A stretch of DNA of 64,000 nt from Bacteroidota bacterium. Lineage in GTDB: Bacteria; CLD3; SB21. The stretch covers positions 4,336 to 68,335 of the forward strand of contig JBBIJR010000002.1 in the NCBI GenBank assembly GCA_037445875.1, in the 5' to 3' direction. The notes under the pieces were generated by a model. That model did not search any database and was not told the origin of the DNA. It saw nothing but the letters and a program-made list of their open reading frames with translations. Positions 21,268 to 31,086 of the stretch are shown here, piece by piece (positions within the stretch are counted from its first letter, which is position 1; each line of letters opens with the position of its first letter). The position numbers and the translations under genes were made by a program.

Positions 21268-21936
21268 ATGCCTTCCATAAAAAGACAACTCTCCGTCTTC
21301 GTCGCCCTCCTGCTCGCGGGCGTCGTGGCCACAGCCCTGTTCACCAGCAGCATCCACAACCGGACCAGGGAAATCAACCGTAACTGGCTGCCGAGCATCA
21401 TCCACGTCAGCACGATGAACATGCTGACGTCGGATTACCGGATACGCGAACTGCAGCACATTCTCTCGACGAGCGAAGAGGACATGGCCCGGTACGAAAA
21501 AGAAATGGCCGACGTTGTCGCGCGCATAGGGAGCGAACTGAGCCAGTACGAACTTTTGATCACCACGGATTCCGAGCGGCGCCTGCATGCGGACTTCGTT
21601 TCGAAATGGAACGAGTACAATGAACAGAGCCAACAGCTGATCGCCGTGTCGCGCTCGAACCGGAACGAGGAAGCCCGGACCTTGATCCGCGCCCGGTCAC
21701 AGCAGCTCTTCGACGAATTCTCCCACCATCTGTCCATGCTGGTCGAGGAAAACCGGGCCGCCGCACAATCGGAAACGCACGCCGGCGAGAGGATGTATCT
21801 GCTGGCCGTGACGAGTCTCGTGTTCGTCTGCGGCGTCATGGTGGGCTTCGTCTATCAGGCCGGCAAGCACGTGCGTTCGATGTTCGACCGGATCGTGCAT
21901 ACGTGCGTCCGGATCATGGCCGAACGGCCGAACTGA
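21268..21936 (+). CDS. Four-helix-bundle MCP-like sensor domain protein (no signalling domain)
   Basis: TM-4HB-TM architecture resembling chemoreceptor ligand-binding modules; 222 aa. Confidence 0.45.
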   Translation: MPSIKRQLSVFVALLLAGVVATALFTSSIHNRTREINRNWLPSIIHVSTMNMLTSDYRIRELQHILSTSEEDMARYEKEMADVVARIGSELSQYELLITTDSERRLHADFVSKWNEYNEQSQQLIAVSRSNRNEEARTLIRARSQQLFDEFSHHLSMLVEENRAAAQSETHAGERMYLLAVTSLVFVCGVMVGFVYQAGKHVRSMFDRIVHTCVRIMAERPN

Positions 21937-22079
21937 ACGCACCGATGTAGAACGGATTCGCAGGATCCCAACCTTAACTCAGGAGTACGACCATGGTCCG
22001 CAAACATAGAAAGAATCGAAGCGCCAAAACAAAACACTCCCGGCGCGTCACGAGAAAAGCGAAAAAGAAAGTGCCTTTC

Positions 22080-22532
22080 ATGGCCGCCGGTTATCATACG
22101 CTCACCCCGTATCTTGCGGTCCACGACGCAAAGGCCGCGGTGGAGTTCTATGCCGCCGCGTTCGGTGCAAAGGAGAAACCCGGACGTATGACCGGGCCCG
22201 ACGGCAAGATCATGCACACGGAACTGAAAATCGGCGTGTCGCACTTCATGATGGCGGACGAGATGGCGGATTTTGGGAACGTCAGTCCGCGAACGTTGGG
22301 CAAGACGACGGTGCTGTTCATGATCTACGTCAAAGACGCCGATGCCGTGATGCAGCGCGCCGTCGCGGCGGTCGGAAAGATGATCAACCCGGTGGAACGG
22401 CAATTCTACGGCGACCGGGGCGGAAAACTGGAAGACCCGTTCGGCTATACGTGGTTCATCGCCACGCACGTCGAGAATGTATCGCCGAAGGAAATGGCCC
22501 GTAGAGCGGCGGAACTGTACGGTACGAAATGA
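22080..22532 (+). CDS. VOC family (glyoxalase/PhnB-like) protein
   Basis: HTLTPYLAVHDAKAAVEFYAAAFGA...DPFGYTWFIATH; start set at the internal Met (the longer ORF has an odd K/R-rich leader). Confidence 0.65.
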   Translation: MAAGYHTLTPYLAVHDAKAAVEFYAAAFGAKEKPGRMTGPDGKIMHTELKIGVSHFMMADEMADFGNVSPRTLGKTTVLFMIYVKDADAVMQRAVAAVGKMINPVERQFYGDRGGKLEDPFGYTWFIATHVENVSPKEMARRAAELYGTK

Positions 22533-22543
22533 TCGAGTGACAT

Positions 22544-23305
22544 ATGCCTGATCTGCTCGTGTCCGGGAATCGACGCGGCGCCTCGACGCTCCGCCTGAAT
22601 TTCGCATTGTACATCGCATGCTGGCTCGGCGTGTCCGTTTGCTTTGCCGCGCTCCCTTCTGCTTCGGCCCAAAGGAAGGAAGCCCTGAAAGACATGGCAA
22701 CGGACTCCTCCTACTCCACGCGCGTGGTGCGGCAGCAGGGAACGTTCAAGATCATTTTGCAGACCGCCGGGAATTCGGCCGGTATCGATTCGATCGAGAT
22801 GCCGGATGCCAACACCCGGATGGGATCGATCAGAAACCGTTTCCTCGCGGTCCGCACGCTCACGGACCGGTTCGTCGGCAGTAAGACGGGGACCGTCGTC
22901 CTGTTTGCGGTGGAGCGCGGGAAGTTCATCCAGGCATTCTGTGCCGATGAGGGACGATCGTCGGCTGACGACCTGGGGAACAGCAGTTCCTACTCCCTCA
23001 CCTTTACGCTCGACGGCGATACGCTGCCCGACGTCGCGCTGGAAGTGGCAGAGTCCTTCTGGCAAGGCGGGCCCGGCCGGCGGCCCGAAGAGTGGAGCGA
23101 CACAAACCGTCTGTCTTTCGATCCGAAGCGATACGTCTTCTACAATCGAACCGTGTCCCTGAAGGCCGGGGACCGGTTGTGGAGCGTGTTGTACAAATAC
23201 TCCGACCCCGTCGCGGTCCCTTCCGGTCTTCCGTCGCAGCCGAGGATGCAACTGCGCGGGCAGGATTTCGTTTACTACAACGGCGCCTGGTACTTCAAAG
23301 AATGA
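22544..23305 (+). CDS. Hypothetical secreted protein
   Basis: 253 aa with signal peptide; no family recognised. Confidence 0.45.
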   Translation: MPDLLVSGNRRGASTLRLNFALYIACWLGVSVCFAALPSASAQRKEALKDMATDSSYSTRVVRQQGTFKIILQTAGNSAGIDSIEMPDANTRMGSIRNRFLAVRTLTDRFVGSKTGTVVLFAVERGKFIQAFCADEGRSSADDLGNSSSYSLTFTLDGDTLPDVALEVAESFWQGGPGRRPEEWSDTNRLSFDPKRYVFYNRTVSLKAGDRLWSVLYKYSDPVAVPSGLPSQPRMQLRGQDFVYYNGAWYFKE

Positions 23306-23329
23306 CCGCCCAATCGGCCGGCCGCCGTC

Positions 23330-24217
23330 CTATTTGGTATCGAGAATGACCGGCAAACCGCTCTTGCCGGAACCCACGATCACCACTTTGGCGTTCTGAG
23401 ACGTGGCCAGTTTTTCGGTCGCCTCGATGCCCTTCCACCGCAGCAGCTGTTCGCTGATCCCGGCGGCCACGATCGTCTGAAAATCTGCGATGCCTTTGGC
23501 CTCGATCCGCTTCCGGTCCGCTTCCTGTTTTTCCTTGGTGAGGATGAACTCCATGCGCTGGCTTTCCTGGTCCGCCTTCTGTTTCTGTTCGATCGCCTCG
23601 GTCAGCTGCGTGGGCAGGGCGACGTTGCGAATCGGCGTACTCTCGACGATGATCCCACGCGTCGCCACGGCCTTGCCCAATTCCTCCTGGATCGAGGCCC
23701 CGAGTTTTTCCCGCTGACTCGAGTACAGAGCGCTGGCCTGGAAGCTGGCGGTGACCGCGCGGCAGATGGAACGGAACTGGGGGATCAGAATGATGTTCTC
23801 GTAGTCGCCTCCGGCGATCGTCTGGTAAACACGCGCCACCGAATCCGGAGTCAGCCGATAGAGCGCACTGACCTCGAGTCCGATCGTGAGCCCTTCCGTC
23901 GACAACACCTGCATCGTTTCCTTGTGCTCTTTGGTTTGAATGGAATACTTGACGATGCGCGCCATGGGATTGACGACCTGAATACCGGCCGGCAGGACCC
24001 GGTCGGACACAATTCCAAAGAAATCGATCACGCCCACGTGGCCGGCGGGCACCTGCGTAAAACACTGTAATAAGGCGAGAACGCCGAACAATGCGCCCAC
24101 GAACGCCGCAATTTTCGACAAAAGGTCCTGCAGCTTTCCCTCGTGCCTCTGCTTCAGCATGACTCTCCACACAATGGCCCCGGCCGCGAACAAAAACAGC
24201 AATACGATGAACGTCAT
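23330..24217 (-). CDS. SPFH/band-7 domain protein (prohibitin/HflC-like)
   Basis: N-terminal TM then band-7 core and coiled coil EAIEQKQKADQESQRMEFILTKEKQEADRKRIEAKG. Confidence 0.75.
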   Translation of the reverse strand: MTFIVLLFLFAAGAIVWRVMLKQRHEGKLQDLLSKIAAFVGALFGVLALLQCFTQVPAGHVGVIDFFGIVSDRVLPAGIQVVNPMARIVKYSIQTKEHKETMQVLSTEGLTIGLEVSALYRLTPDSVARVYQTIAGGDYENIILIPQFRSICRAVTASFQASALYSSQREKLGASIQEELGKAVATRGIIVESTPIRNVALPTQLTEAIEQKQKADQESQRMEFILTKEKQEADRKRIEAKGIADFQTIVAAGISEQLLRWKGIEATEKLATSQNAKVVIVGSGKSGLPVILDTK

Positions 24218-24455
24218 GGCTCTACTCCCGCTTCGATGTTGAAGGATGTTGATTAGAGGTGTGGTTTGCCGGCGCCGGTCGGCCCGGAACACCGGCAAAC
24301 AAGATTGAAACAAGGTACAGCCGCCTGAATCGGATTGCAACGTATTTGAGGTCACGCACCCTGCATGCCGCTGGGGAACCGCGGACTAAGAAAAATCGGT
24401 TGCCTTACTCCGAAGATTGAACCTACCTTCACCCATGGGCCGCCATAAGGAAACC

Positions 24456-25247
24456 ATGTTCGATACGAACCGATACCTGGACCGCATCGGCTACGACGGA
24501 CCGCGGAGCGCATGCAAGAGCGTTTTGCGCGATTTGCAGCGCCACCACCTGCTGCACGTGCCGTTCGAGAACCTCGACATCCATTACGGCCGCACGATCG
24601 TGTTGGACCTCGCCCGGATATTCGATAAGGTGGTGAACGAGCGCCGAGGCGGCTTTTGTTATGAACTTAACGGACTGTTCCATGCGTTGCTCTGCGAACT
24701 GGGCTTCGATGCCCGGCGCGTTTCCGCCCGGGTTTTTGATCAGGGCCGGCCGGGGCCGGAGTTCGACCACATGGCCATCGTCGTTCGGGCCGACGACCTT
24801 GAATGGCTGGTAGACGTAGGTTTTGGAGAATTCGCGATGCATCCGCTGCGATTGGACACCGACGGTCCCCAGGACGATCCGCGGGGAACCTTTGCGATCA
24901 AAACGACCGGGAGGCTGCAGCGGCTGGTTGAGAAACGGGCGGAAGACCGCGGAGCAACGCCCCGGTACTCCTTCTCTCTGCATCCAAGAGAACTGGCTGA
25001 ATTCGGGTCCATGTGCCGGTACCATCAGACCTCCGACCGGTCCCATTTCACTCGCGGGAAGCTCATTTCCCGGCCCACTCCGGACGGGCGGATCACGCTC
25101 ACCGGCGATACGTTGAAGATCAAGAGCGGCGCTGAGACCGTGGAGACGCCGGTCCGCGATGCGGAGGAATTCGAGTCCATGCTGCAACGGTATTTCGGCA
25201 TTACGATGGCAGCCGACGGTCGAAGCGTTACGCGAGGGGCCTCATGA
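24456..25247 (+). CDS. Arylamine N-acetyltransferase family protein
   Basis: RGGFCYELNG catalytic-Cys motif and HLLHVPFENLD. Confidence 0.75.
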   Translation: MFDTNRYLDRIGYDGPRSACKSVLRDLQRHHLLHVPFENLDIHYGRTIVLDLARIFDKVVNERRGGFCYELNGLFHALLCELGFDARRVSARVFDQGRPGPEFDHMAIVVRADDLEWLVDVGFGEFAMHPLRLDTDGPQDDPRGTFAIKTTGRLQRLVEKRAEDRGATPRYSFSLHPRELAEFGSMCRYHQTSDRSHFTRGKLISRPTPDGRITLTGDTLKIKSGAETVETPVRDAEEFESMLQRYFGITMAADGRSVTRGAS

Positions 25248-25738
25248 CCGCACGGCGGAAGCTTATTACCGGATTGGGCGTGGTCCTGATCTTTTCCGCC
25301 TGGTGGTTCTGGTTGAAACCGATGCCGAGGTCGCCGTCCGCTGAAGCCAGGGTTTATCGCTGGGAAGACGGCGGCTCCGTCGGGTGCGAACTCCGCACGG
25401 GCGACACGGCGCTCGTGTTCTGTATCGACGGACGGCTGAACGCGCCGTGGCCTCGACTCGTGTATACGGGCGTTACTCATCCCGATCAGCCCGGGGCCGT
25501 CGCGTTACCGTTTGGCGGAACGGAAGAACTCGAAATCGTCCGCCGCCTTCGGGCGTGGCTGTCCGGATTCCGATCAGCGGAGGAGCAGGACGCGTTGTAT
25601 AACAAAGGAGAATCGGAGGTCGAGCGGCTCACGGAAGAGGAGTTGGTGCTCTACGAGATCATGGATCTGAGCAAGCGGCTGCATGCGAGGCAGATCAAAG
25701 ACACAACCGGTCATAACAAGGGTGTACTCGTGCGATGA
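25244..25738 (+). CDS. Hypothetical membrane-anchored protein, translationally coupled between NAT and ICMT genes
   Basis: 4-bp overlaps on both sides; single N-terminal TM. Confidence 0.5.
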   Translation: MTARRKLITGLGVVLIFSAWWFWLKPMPRSPSAEARVYRWEDGGSVGCELRTGDTALVFCIDGRLNAPWPRLVYTGVTHPDQPGAVALPFGGTEELEIVRRLRAWLSGFRSAEEQDALYNKGESEVERLTEEELVLYEIMDLSKRLHARQIKDTTGHNKGVLVR

Positions 25739-26226
25739 AACCGCTGTTCACGGCCGTTCGGGCGCTGTTCTTCATGAGCGGATTTGTGTTCCTCTGGGCA
25801 TGGGTCGCTCTGGCCGTGCGCAAAGAATACGATCCTGTGCTGGGAATTACGCTGCCGCGATGGCTCGAACCGGCCGGCGCGGCATTGTTCGTCCTGGGCG
25901 GAGCCCTGGCGTTGACGTGCGTTGCCTCGTTCGTTGTCGTAGGCAAGGGGACACCGGCGCCCTTCGATGCGCCACGGGTGTTCGTGGCCGTCGGTCCTTA
26001 TCGATACGTGCGCAATCCGATGTACATCGGCGCGTTCTTCGTCGTGCTCGGTTTTGGCCTCTTCCTGAATTCCGCGGCCATTCTGCTGTTTGGTCTGCCG
26101 TGGCTGCTCTTCGCTCACGTCTTTGTGCTCGTGTATGAAGAACCGGCTCTTCGACGCCGGTTCGGCGGCACGTACGAAACGTATTGCGCGCGCGTCCATC
26201 GATGGATACCGCGGCGGCCGCGGTGA
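25735..26226 (+). CDS. Isoprenylcysteine carboxyl methyltransferase (ICMT)/phospholipid methyltransferase family protein
   Basis: Multi-TM; C-terminal GPYRYVRNPMYIGAFF...VYEEPALRRRFGGTYETY signature. Confidence 0.75.
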   Translation: MKPLFTAVRALFFMSGFVFLWAWVALAVRKEYDPVLGITLPRWLEPAGAALFVLGGALALTCVASFVVVGKGTPAPFDAPRVFVAVGPYRYVRNPMYIGAFFVVLGFGLFLNSAAILLFGLPWLLFAHVFVLVYEEPALRRRFGGTYETYCARVHRWIPRRPR

Positions 26227-26244
26227 GAGCGGTCTCCAGGCACA

Positions 26245-27897
26245 TCATTTTACCAACGCCATCTTCCGCGTGATCGAGGAGGCCCCTACCTCGAGGCGGA
26301 AAAAATAAACGCCGCTGCTGAGGGAGTGTACCGACGAATCGAACAGGATCCTGTGCGCTCCCGCACGCCGGTTCCCGTCAACCAGCCTTGCCACTTCTTC
26401 ACCCACAATATTATATACACTGAGCCGGACGTATCCCGATGTTATCAATTCGTACTCGATGGTCGTGACGGCATTGAACGGATTGGGATAGTTCTGCATG
26501 AGACGGAAGCTCGCCGGCACGTTCGGATTGCTGATACTCGTCCCCAGGTCCGAAATCCGGATCGGACAGGTCCAGATCTGGTAGAGTCCGCTCGAATTGT
26601 CCATCCACACCGGCCAGAGGCTGTCGCCGACGGAAGTCAGGCCGATGTTGTCTCCCTGATAACCCTGGCCCAGGCCGCCGATCGGCTGGGGTTTGAAGTG
26701 ATGATCGCCGATCTCGTAGTCGGTCCAGGTCGTACCTCCGTCGACGGAGCGGGAGAGGAAGACGCCGCAGGAATCCGAGGTCGTGTTCCTGTCGTCGTAG
26801 TAGAGCACGTTGATCCCGCCTCCATCGTCCACGTGAATCGCGGGGAAGTACTGGTAGTTGCTGTCGTTCACCTCGTCCTGATTGACCCGGATGCCCGCGG
26901 ACCAGGTCGCGCCGCCGTCGGTTGAACGATGGAAGACGATGTCGGGGTCCGAGCCGGCCGGTGCGAGGTTCTTCTCCGTCGTCACGATATAGATCCATCC
27001 GTTCCTCGGACCTCCGGATTTATCTACATCGATGCGGGGAAGGCCATTTGTTCGAATGTTGGCTTTTTTTTCAAAGATGCCGGCGATCCCGTTCATATCG
27101 AACGCGTTCTCCGTGGCCGTCCACGTGACGCCGCCGTTGGTCGAAAACGCAAAACCCACGTAATCTTCCGTAAACGGCGACGCGCTGATCACGCCGGCCC
27201 AGCAGCCGTACACCGTACCGTTGGAGCCGACGGCCACCTCGCCGCCCTGGCATCGCTGAGGGGGGCTGTTCACCTGCACGCGGGCGCTCCAATTCACGCC
27301 GCCGTTCGTCGTGTACGCACAGGCGGCTGGAGGTGTGGTGGTGTCAAACCGTACCCAGAACGCGTACGAACGGCCGTAATACGGGCTTGCAGGATTCACA
27401 TCCGAGGCGAGGGTCGCCCGGTCCTGGTCGTTGGTAGCGATTGTTGCCTGCGACGACCAGGCAAGACCGTAATTGGTCGAATAATGCGAGTACAGTCCGG
27501 GCGAAAAACCGAGCCGGATGAGCAGGAACGTACCGTTCTTGTCGATCACGATACCCGGATCGCCGTGATGGAACTGGATGGGCGCTCCGCTGCATGTGTC
27601 GCTGCCGAACCAGGTCGTACCGGCGTCGGTTGTGACGTAAATTCCTTCGCTGATAAAGCCGCTGCCGAGGTTGATCGTATTGGCGCTGGCGAAGAGTACG
27701 TTCGGGTCGGCCGGATGTCGAGTGATGAAGGTCTCCGTCTGAGTGACGGCGCTCGGATAGACCCGGTACGGCGATCCGATCACGAGCGAACCGCTCTTTC
27801 CGGTTTGCCCCTCCAGGCTCTCGTTCAGGCCCATTACCAGAGCGATCAGGAGGATCGCCAAGACGCTGAAGAATGTAATGCAGGTTCCATGGTTCAT
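26245..27897 (-). CDS. Sialidase/BNR-like beta-propeller protein with T9SS C-terminal sorting domain
   Basis: Signal peptide; C-terminal NYPNPFNAVTTIEY...GVYFFRLE por-secretion CTD. Confidence 0.65.
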   Translation of the reverse strand: MNHGTCITFFSVLAILLIALVMGLNESLEGQTGKSGSLVIGSPYRVYPSAVTQTETFITRHPADPNVLFASANTINLGSGFISEGIYVTTDAGTTWFGSDTCSGAPIQFHHGDPGIVIDKNGTFLLIRLGFSPGLYSHYSTNYGLAWSSQATIATNDQDRATLASDVNPASPYYGRSYAFWVRFDTTTPPAACAYTTNGGVNWSARVQVNSPPQRCQGGEVAVGSNGTVYGCWAGVISASPFTEDYVGFAFSTNGGVTWTATENAFDMNGIAGIFEKKANIRTNGLPRIDVDKSGGPRNGWIYIVTTEKNLAPAGSDPDIVFHRSTDGGATWSAGIRVNQDEVNDSNYQYFPAIHVDDGGGINVLYYDDRNTTSDSCGVFLSRSVDGGTTWTDYEIGDHHFKPQPIGGLGQGYQGDNIGLTSVGDSLWPVWMDNSSGLYQIWTCPIRISDLGTSISNPNVPASFRLMQNYPNPFNAVTTIEYELITSGYVRLSVYNIVGEEVARLVDGNRRAGAHRILFDSSVHSLSSGVYFFRLEVGASSITRKMALVK

Positions 27898-27948
27898 GAG
27901 GGTTCTCCGGTTATCGTGCGTTATGCGTTGGCCCGGTTCGTCCGCGTC

Positions 27949-30081
27949 TCAGAAGCGGTATCCAAGATTCACGCCGGCGAAGAACACTCGCGGCTCGCCG
28001 GCCTCGTAGAATTCCCGCTGGGCTGAATTGATATTGACAAAGGCCACATACGTTCGATCGAAAACGTTATTGATCCCGGCGGTCGCCAGTATATTGAACC
28101 GGTCGAACGTCATATCGAGGCCGACGGTCGAGTTTACCAATTGATATCCTTTGGACTTCTCGGTGTTGCCGTCGTCCACGTACAGGCCCGACACCGCGAG
28201 ATACGAAACTTTGGCAAATCCTGTCACGTGCCGTACGATCTCGTGCTCATAGGAAACCGCAAGGGACAGATTATGCTTCGGGACACTCGGGACAGCGTTG
28301 CCCGCAAAAGACTGGTCGGTCGCGACTACGTTTCCGGTCGTATCCACATCGATCGTGCGTGCCACATACGAATCGTACGTGAAATCTGACAACGTGTAGG
28401 CGGTTTTCAGTCGAAGCCCTTTGAGTACCAGTACGTTGCTCCCGATCTCCACGCCGGTCCGGTTGGTTCTGGCAGAGTTGCGGTAGAACACATCCCCGAA
28501 AACCTCAAAGGGCACAATCTCGTCCTCGACCTTGGTGTTGAAGAACGTGACTTCGAAAAACAGATCTCTGATGTAAGCGCGTTCCGGTTCCACAATATTA
28601 CCCTTGATACCTAGTTCGAAGTTCCTGGACTTCTGGGGCTTCAAATCAGGGTTCAACAGGACGTTGGGCTCAGAACTGGTCGGGTAGTTGTCCAGCTCGT
28701 TGCCGGCCGGAGTGTCAAATCCGAGTCCGTAGGACGTATATGCGGCAATCGTCGGCGTCAGCTTGTAATTCAAGGCCGCTTTGGGCGTGAACGCGTCGAA
28801 TCGCCGTTTGGCATTTTGCACTTCGAGTATTTGGTTCTGCGATTCGAACGCCACCCGATCGTACCGACCGGTCAGGAGCAGGTCCGACCGGTCTTTGATT
28901 ACGTTGAAAGAATTCTGAAAATAGAACCCCACGTTGCTGATCGTCTCATCCGTGAGTCCTTCCAGGATGTCGCCCTTCTCGCCGTTGATGTTCTCGAACT
29001 CACTGATGGGACCGGACTGAAAGTACGCGTCCGTGCCGACGGAGAATTCGTTATGTCGGCCGAAAAGCGGCAGGTGATGGACGTATCGCGCGCTGCCGCC
29101 GATGCCCTGCCGGTCGAAGATGCGGTACGTGCGGGCGGTTCGGTGAAAGTACTTGCTGGTCAGGTAGCCCGTGAGCTCGAACTCATTTGGGGTCTCGCCT
29201 TCCCCGGAGAAGGCCTCGAACTTGAGTCCGAGACGGCCCTTCTTCGTCAGACGGAAGGCGTCCCTCGCCACGTCCCGCGGGTTGGCTTGAAAAGGATCCG
29301 CATCGTACTGTTCCCCGGTCAGCGATCCGGGCAGCCGTATTTCTCCGTTGACGTAGTTCGTGAAGACGCTGAAACGCGTGAGGTCGGACGGTTTCGTCTC
29401 GATCACGCTATTGACAATGTGCCATTCGTCGTCGCTGTGGGGGCGATAGCCGTCGGCGACGTGCCGGTTGTACGTCAGGAGGAAACGGTATTGATCCGTC
29501 TTCACGCCCGTTTTCAATCCGTAGCTCCGGTATCCGTTCGAACCGGTCTCGCCGAAAGCCGTCGCAAACGTGCCGGGAAAATAAATGTCATTGATGAAAT
29601 TGATCACGCCGCCCGGCGCATTGGTGTAGAGCGAAGACGCATTGCCTTTGACGATTTCGATCTTGCCTACCGATTGAAAATCGATCGCCTCGATCCGGGT
29701 CTGTCCGTCCGGCTCGGATTCCGGAATGCCGTCGAGCAGAATCCGCACGCCGCGAATGCCCGTGTTGGACCGGCTTCCGAATCCTCGAATGGAGATGCGC
29801 ACGTCGTGATTGCCGTACCGCGACTGCATGAACAGCCCCGGCACGGCCTCCATCACGTCGTTCACGGCCGCCTTTTTTTCGAACCGGTACTCGGCATTAT
29901 CGATAAGCAAAGTGGGATACGGGATGTCGATGATCTTCCTTTCCGTTCGAGTCCCGGTAACGATCACTTCCTCGATCTCGTAGTTCCTCAACGTCTCGGA
30001 CGTGTCTTTCGTTTGGGTAAAACCGGGAGGTCGAACGGCCAGGAGACCGGCCAACGTCAGTGCAACGAGCAAAGATCGCAT
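27949..30081 (-). CDS. TonB-dependent outer-membrane receptor
   Basis: Signal peptide, plug domain (EEVIVTGTR), 22-strand barrel, terminal …NLGYRF. Confidence 0.85.
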   Translation of the reverse strand: MRSLLVALTLAGLLAVRPPGFTQTKDTSETLRNYEIEEVIVTGTRTERKIIDIPYPTLLIDNAEYRFEKKAAVNDVMEAVPGLFMQSRYGNHDVRISIRGFGSRSNTGIRGVRILLDGIPESEPDGQTRIEAIDFQSVGKIEIVKGNASSLYTNAPGGVINFINDIYFPGTFATAFGETGSNGYRSYGLKTGVKTDQYRFLLTYNRHVADGYRPHSDDEWHIVNSVIETKPSDLTRFSVFTNYVNGEIRLPGSLTGEQYDADPFQANPRDVARDAFRLTKKGRLGLKFEAFSGEGETPNEFELTGYLTSKYFHRTARTYRIFDRQGIGGSARYVHHLPLFGRHNEFSVGTDAYFQSGPISEFENINGEKGDILEGLTDETISNVGFYFQNSFNVIKDRSDLLLTGRYDRVAFESQNQILEVQNAKRRFDAFTPKAALNYKLTPTIAAYTSYGLGFDTPAGNELDNYPTSSEPNVLLNPDLKPQKSRNFELGIKGNIVEPERAYIRDLFFEVTFFNTKVEDEIVPFEVFGDVFYRNSARTNRTGVEIGSNVLVLKGLRLKTAYTLSDFTYDSYVARTIDVDTTGNVVATDQSFAGNAVPSVPKHNLSLAVSYEHEIVRHVTGFAKVSYLAVSGLYVDDGNTEKSKGYQLVNSTVGLDMTFDRFNILATAGINNVFDRTYVAFVNINSAQREFYEAGEPRVFFAGVNLGYRF

Positions 30082-30293
30082 GATGGATGTCCTTCGTCGT
30101 AATTTGTACCGTTACAGCTCGAAACAAGCGAGGTGACCGCGGCGTCGGCGCCGGCCCCGCAGGCCGATGATCGAACCGGCGGCACGACACACGGGATGTG
30201 CGGAGCGGTGAATCGCTCACCGGACACACTCGATCCGCCGGTCGCAGGGACGGGCCCGCCAAAATACGGGCTCACTCGCGATGCATGCGATTG

Positions 30294-30689
30294 TCAGGAA
30301 GTCGGATTAGGCGGGTGAAAAACAAAGGGAACGAATCCTTCTTCGATGCAAAGGGCCTCCTCCGCATCGATCATTTCTTTCAGGGCAGGGATCACTTCGA
30401 AATCGTCCGGGCTCCAGAGGCTCAGGATCGCCGTTACCGGTGCGGTGGAGCGCTTTCCCTTGACCGTGTTGTCGCGGCGCACTTCGTCCTTGACTATGGG
30501 CTCGTCGGAATCTCCCCGGCTGTAGTAGATATCCTCATCCATGTCCGGGATGTCCAGAACGATCGTCACACGGTAAGGGTAGTAGACGAGGGAGATGAAC
30601 AGGTACGGATGGGCGGTAAAGAAGATATGAGCGGCTACCCAGAACGCAACCGCTGTCCTCAGCATCGAATGTAGTCCGGTCGCTCGCAT
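30294..30689 (-). CDS. Hypothetical small membrane protein
   Basis: ORF with TM-like LRTAVAFWVAAHIFFTAHPYLFISLVYY; weak. Confidence 0.3.
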   Translation of the reverse strand: MRATGLHSMLRTAVAFWVAAHIFFTAHPYLFISLVYYPYRVTIVLDIPDMDEDIYYSRGDSDEPIVKDEVRRDNTVKGKRSTAPVTAILSLWSPDDFEVIPALKEMIDAEEALCIEEGFVPFVFHPPNPTS

Positions 30690-30762
30690 GGTTGGAAAAC
30701 CGAAGGAAGACGGCATAACTTACGCAAAAGGAAATCGTTGTCAAAGGATTTTCTCGGCCAAT

Positions 30763-30975
30763 GTCGTGGCAATAATCCCTCTTGATAAAGGGCGACCATC
30801 TCAAATAGAGTGTCCTTTTGGGCTAAAGCCCTCTCCTTTCTTCATTCGTCCGGACAACCCACGACCTAAAGGTCGGGGTAATAATCCCTCTTGATAAATG
30901 GCGCGACTATCTCAGACACAGAGTATCCCTTTGGGCTGAAGCCCTGTGCTTTCTTCATTCGTCCGGTTATGACCC
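30763..30975. repeat. Two tandem ~105-nt units of a hairpin repeat (family 2)
   Basis: Units share gtcg(t/g)gg.aataatccctcttgataaa.ggcg…ttgggct(a/g)aagccct…tttcttcattcgtccgg; contain ccacgacctaaaggtcgggg hairpin; related copy at 37255-37325. Confidence 0.8.
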
Positions 30976-31086
30976 AAAGCAGACTTTCTGTCGCAGAAAG
31001 CAGGGTATGCGCAAGCCTTGATTGAAGAAGCGGAACCGTTTATATTCTGCCAGTTTTCAGCGACATTCACCATTGAAATCAAGCTG

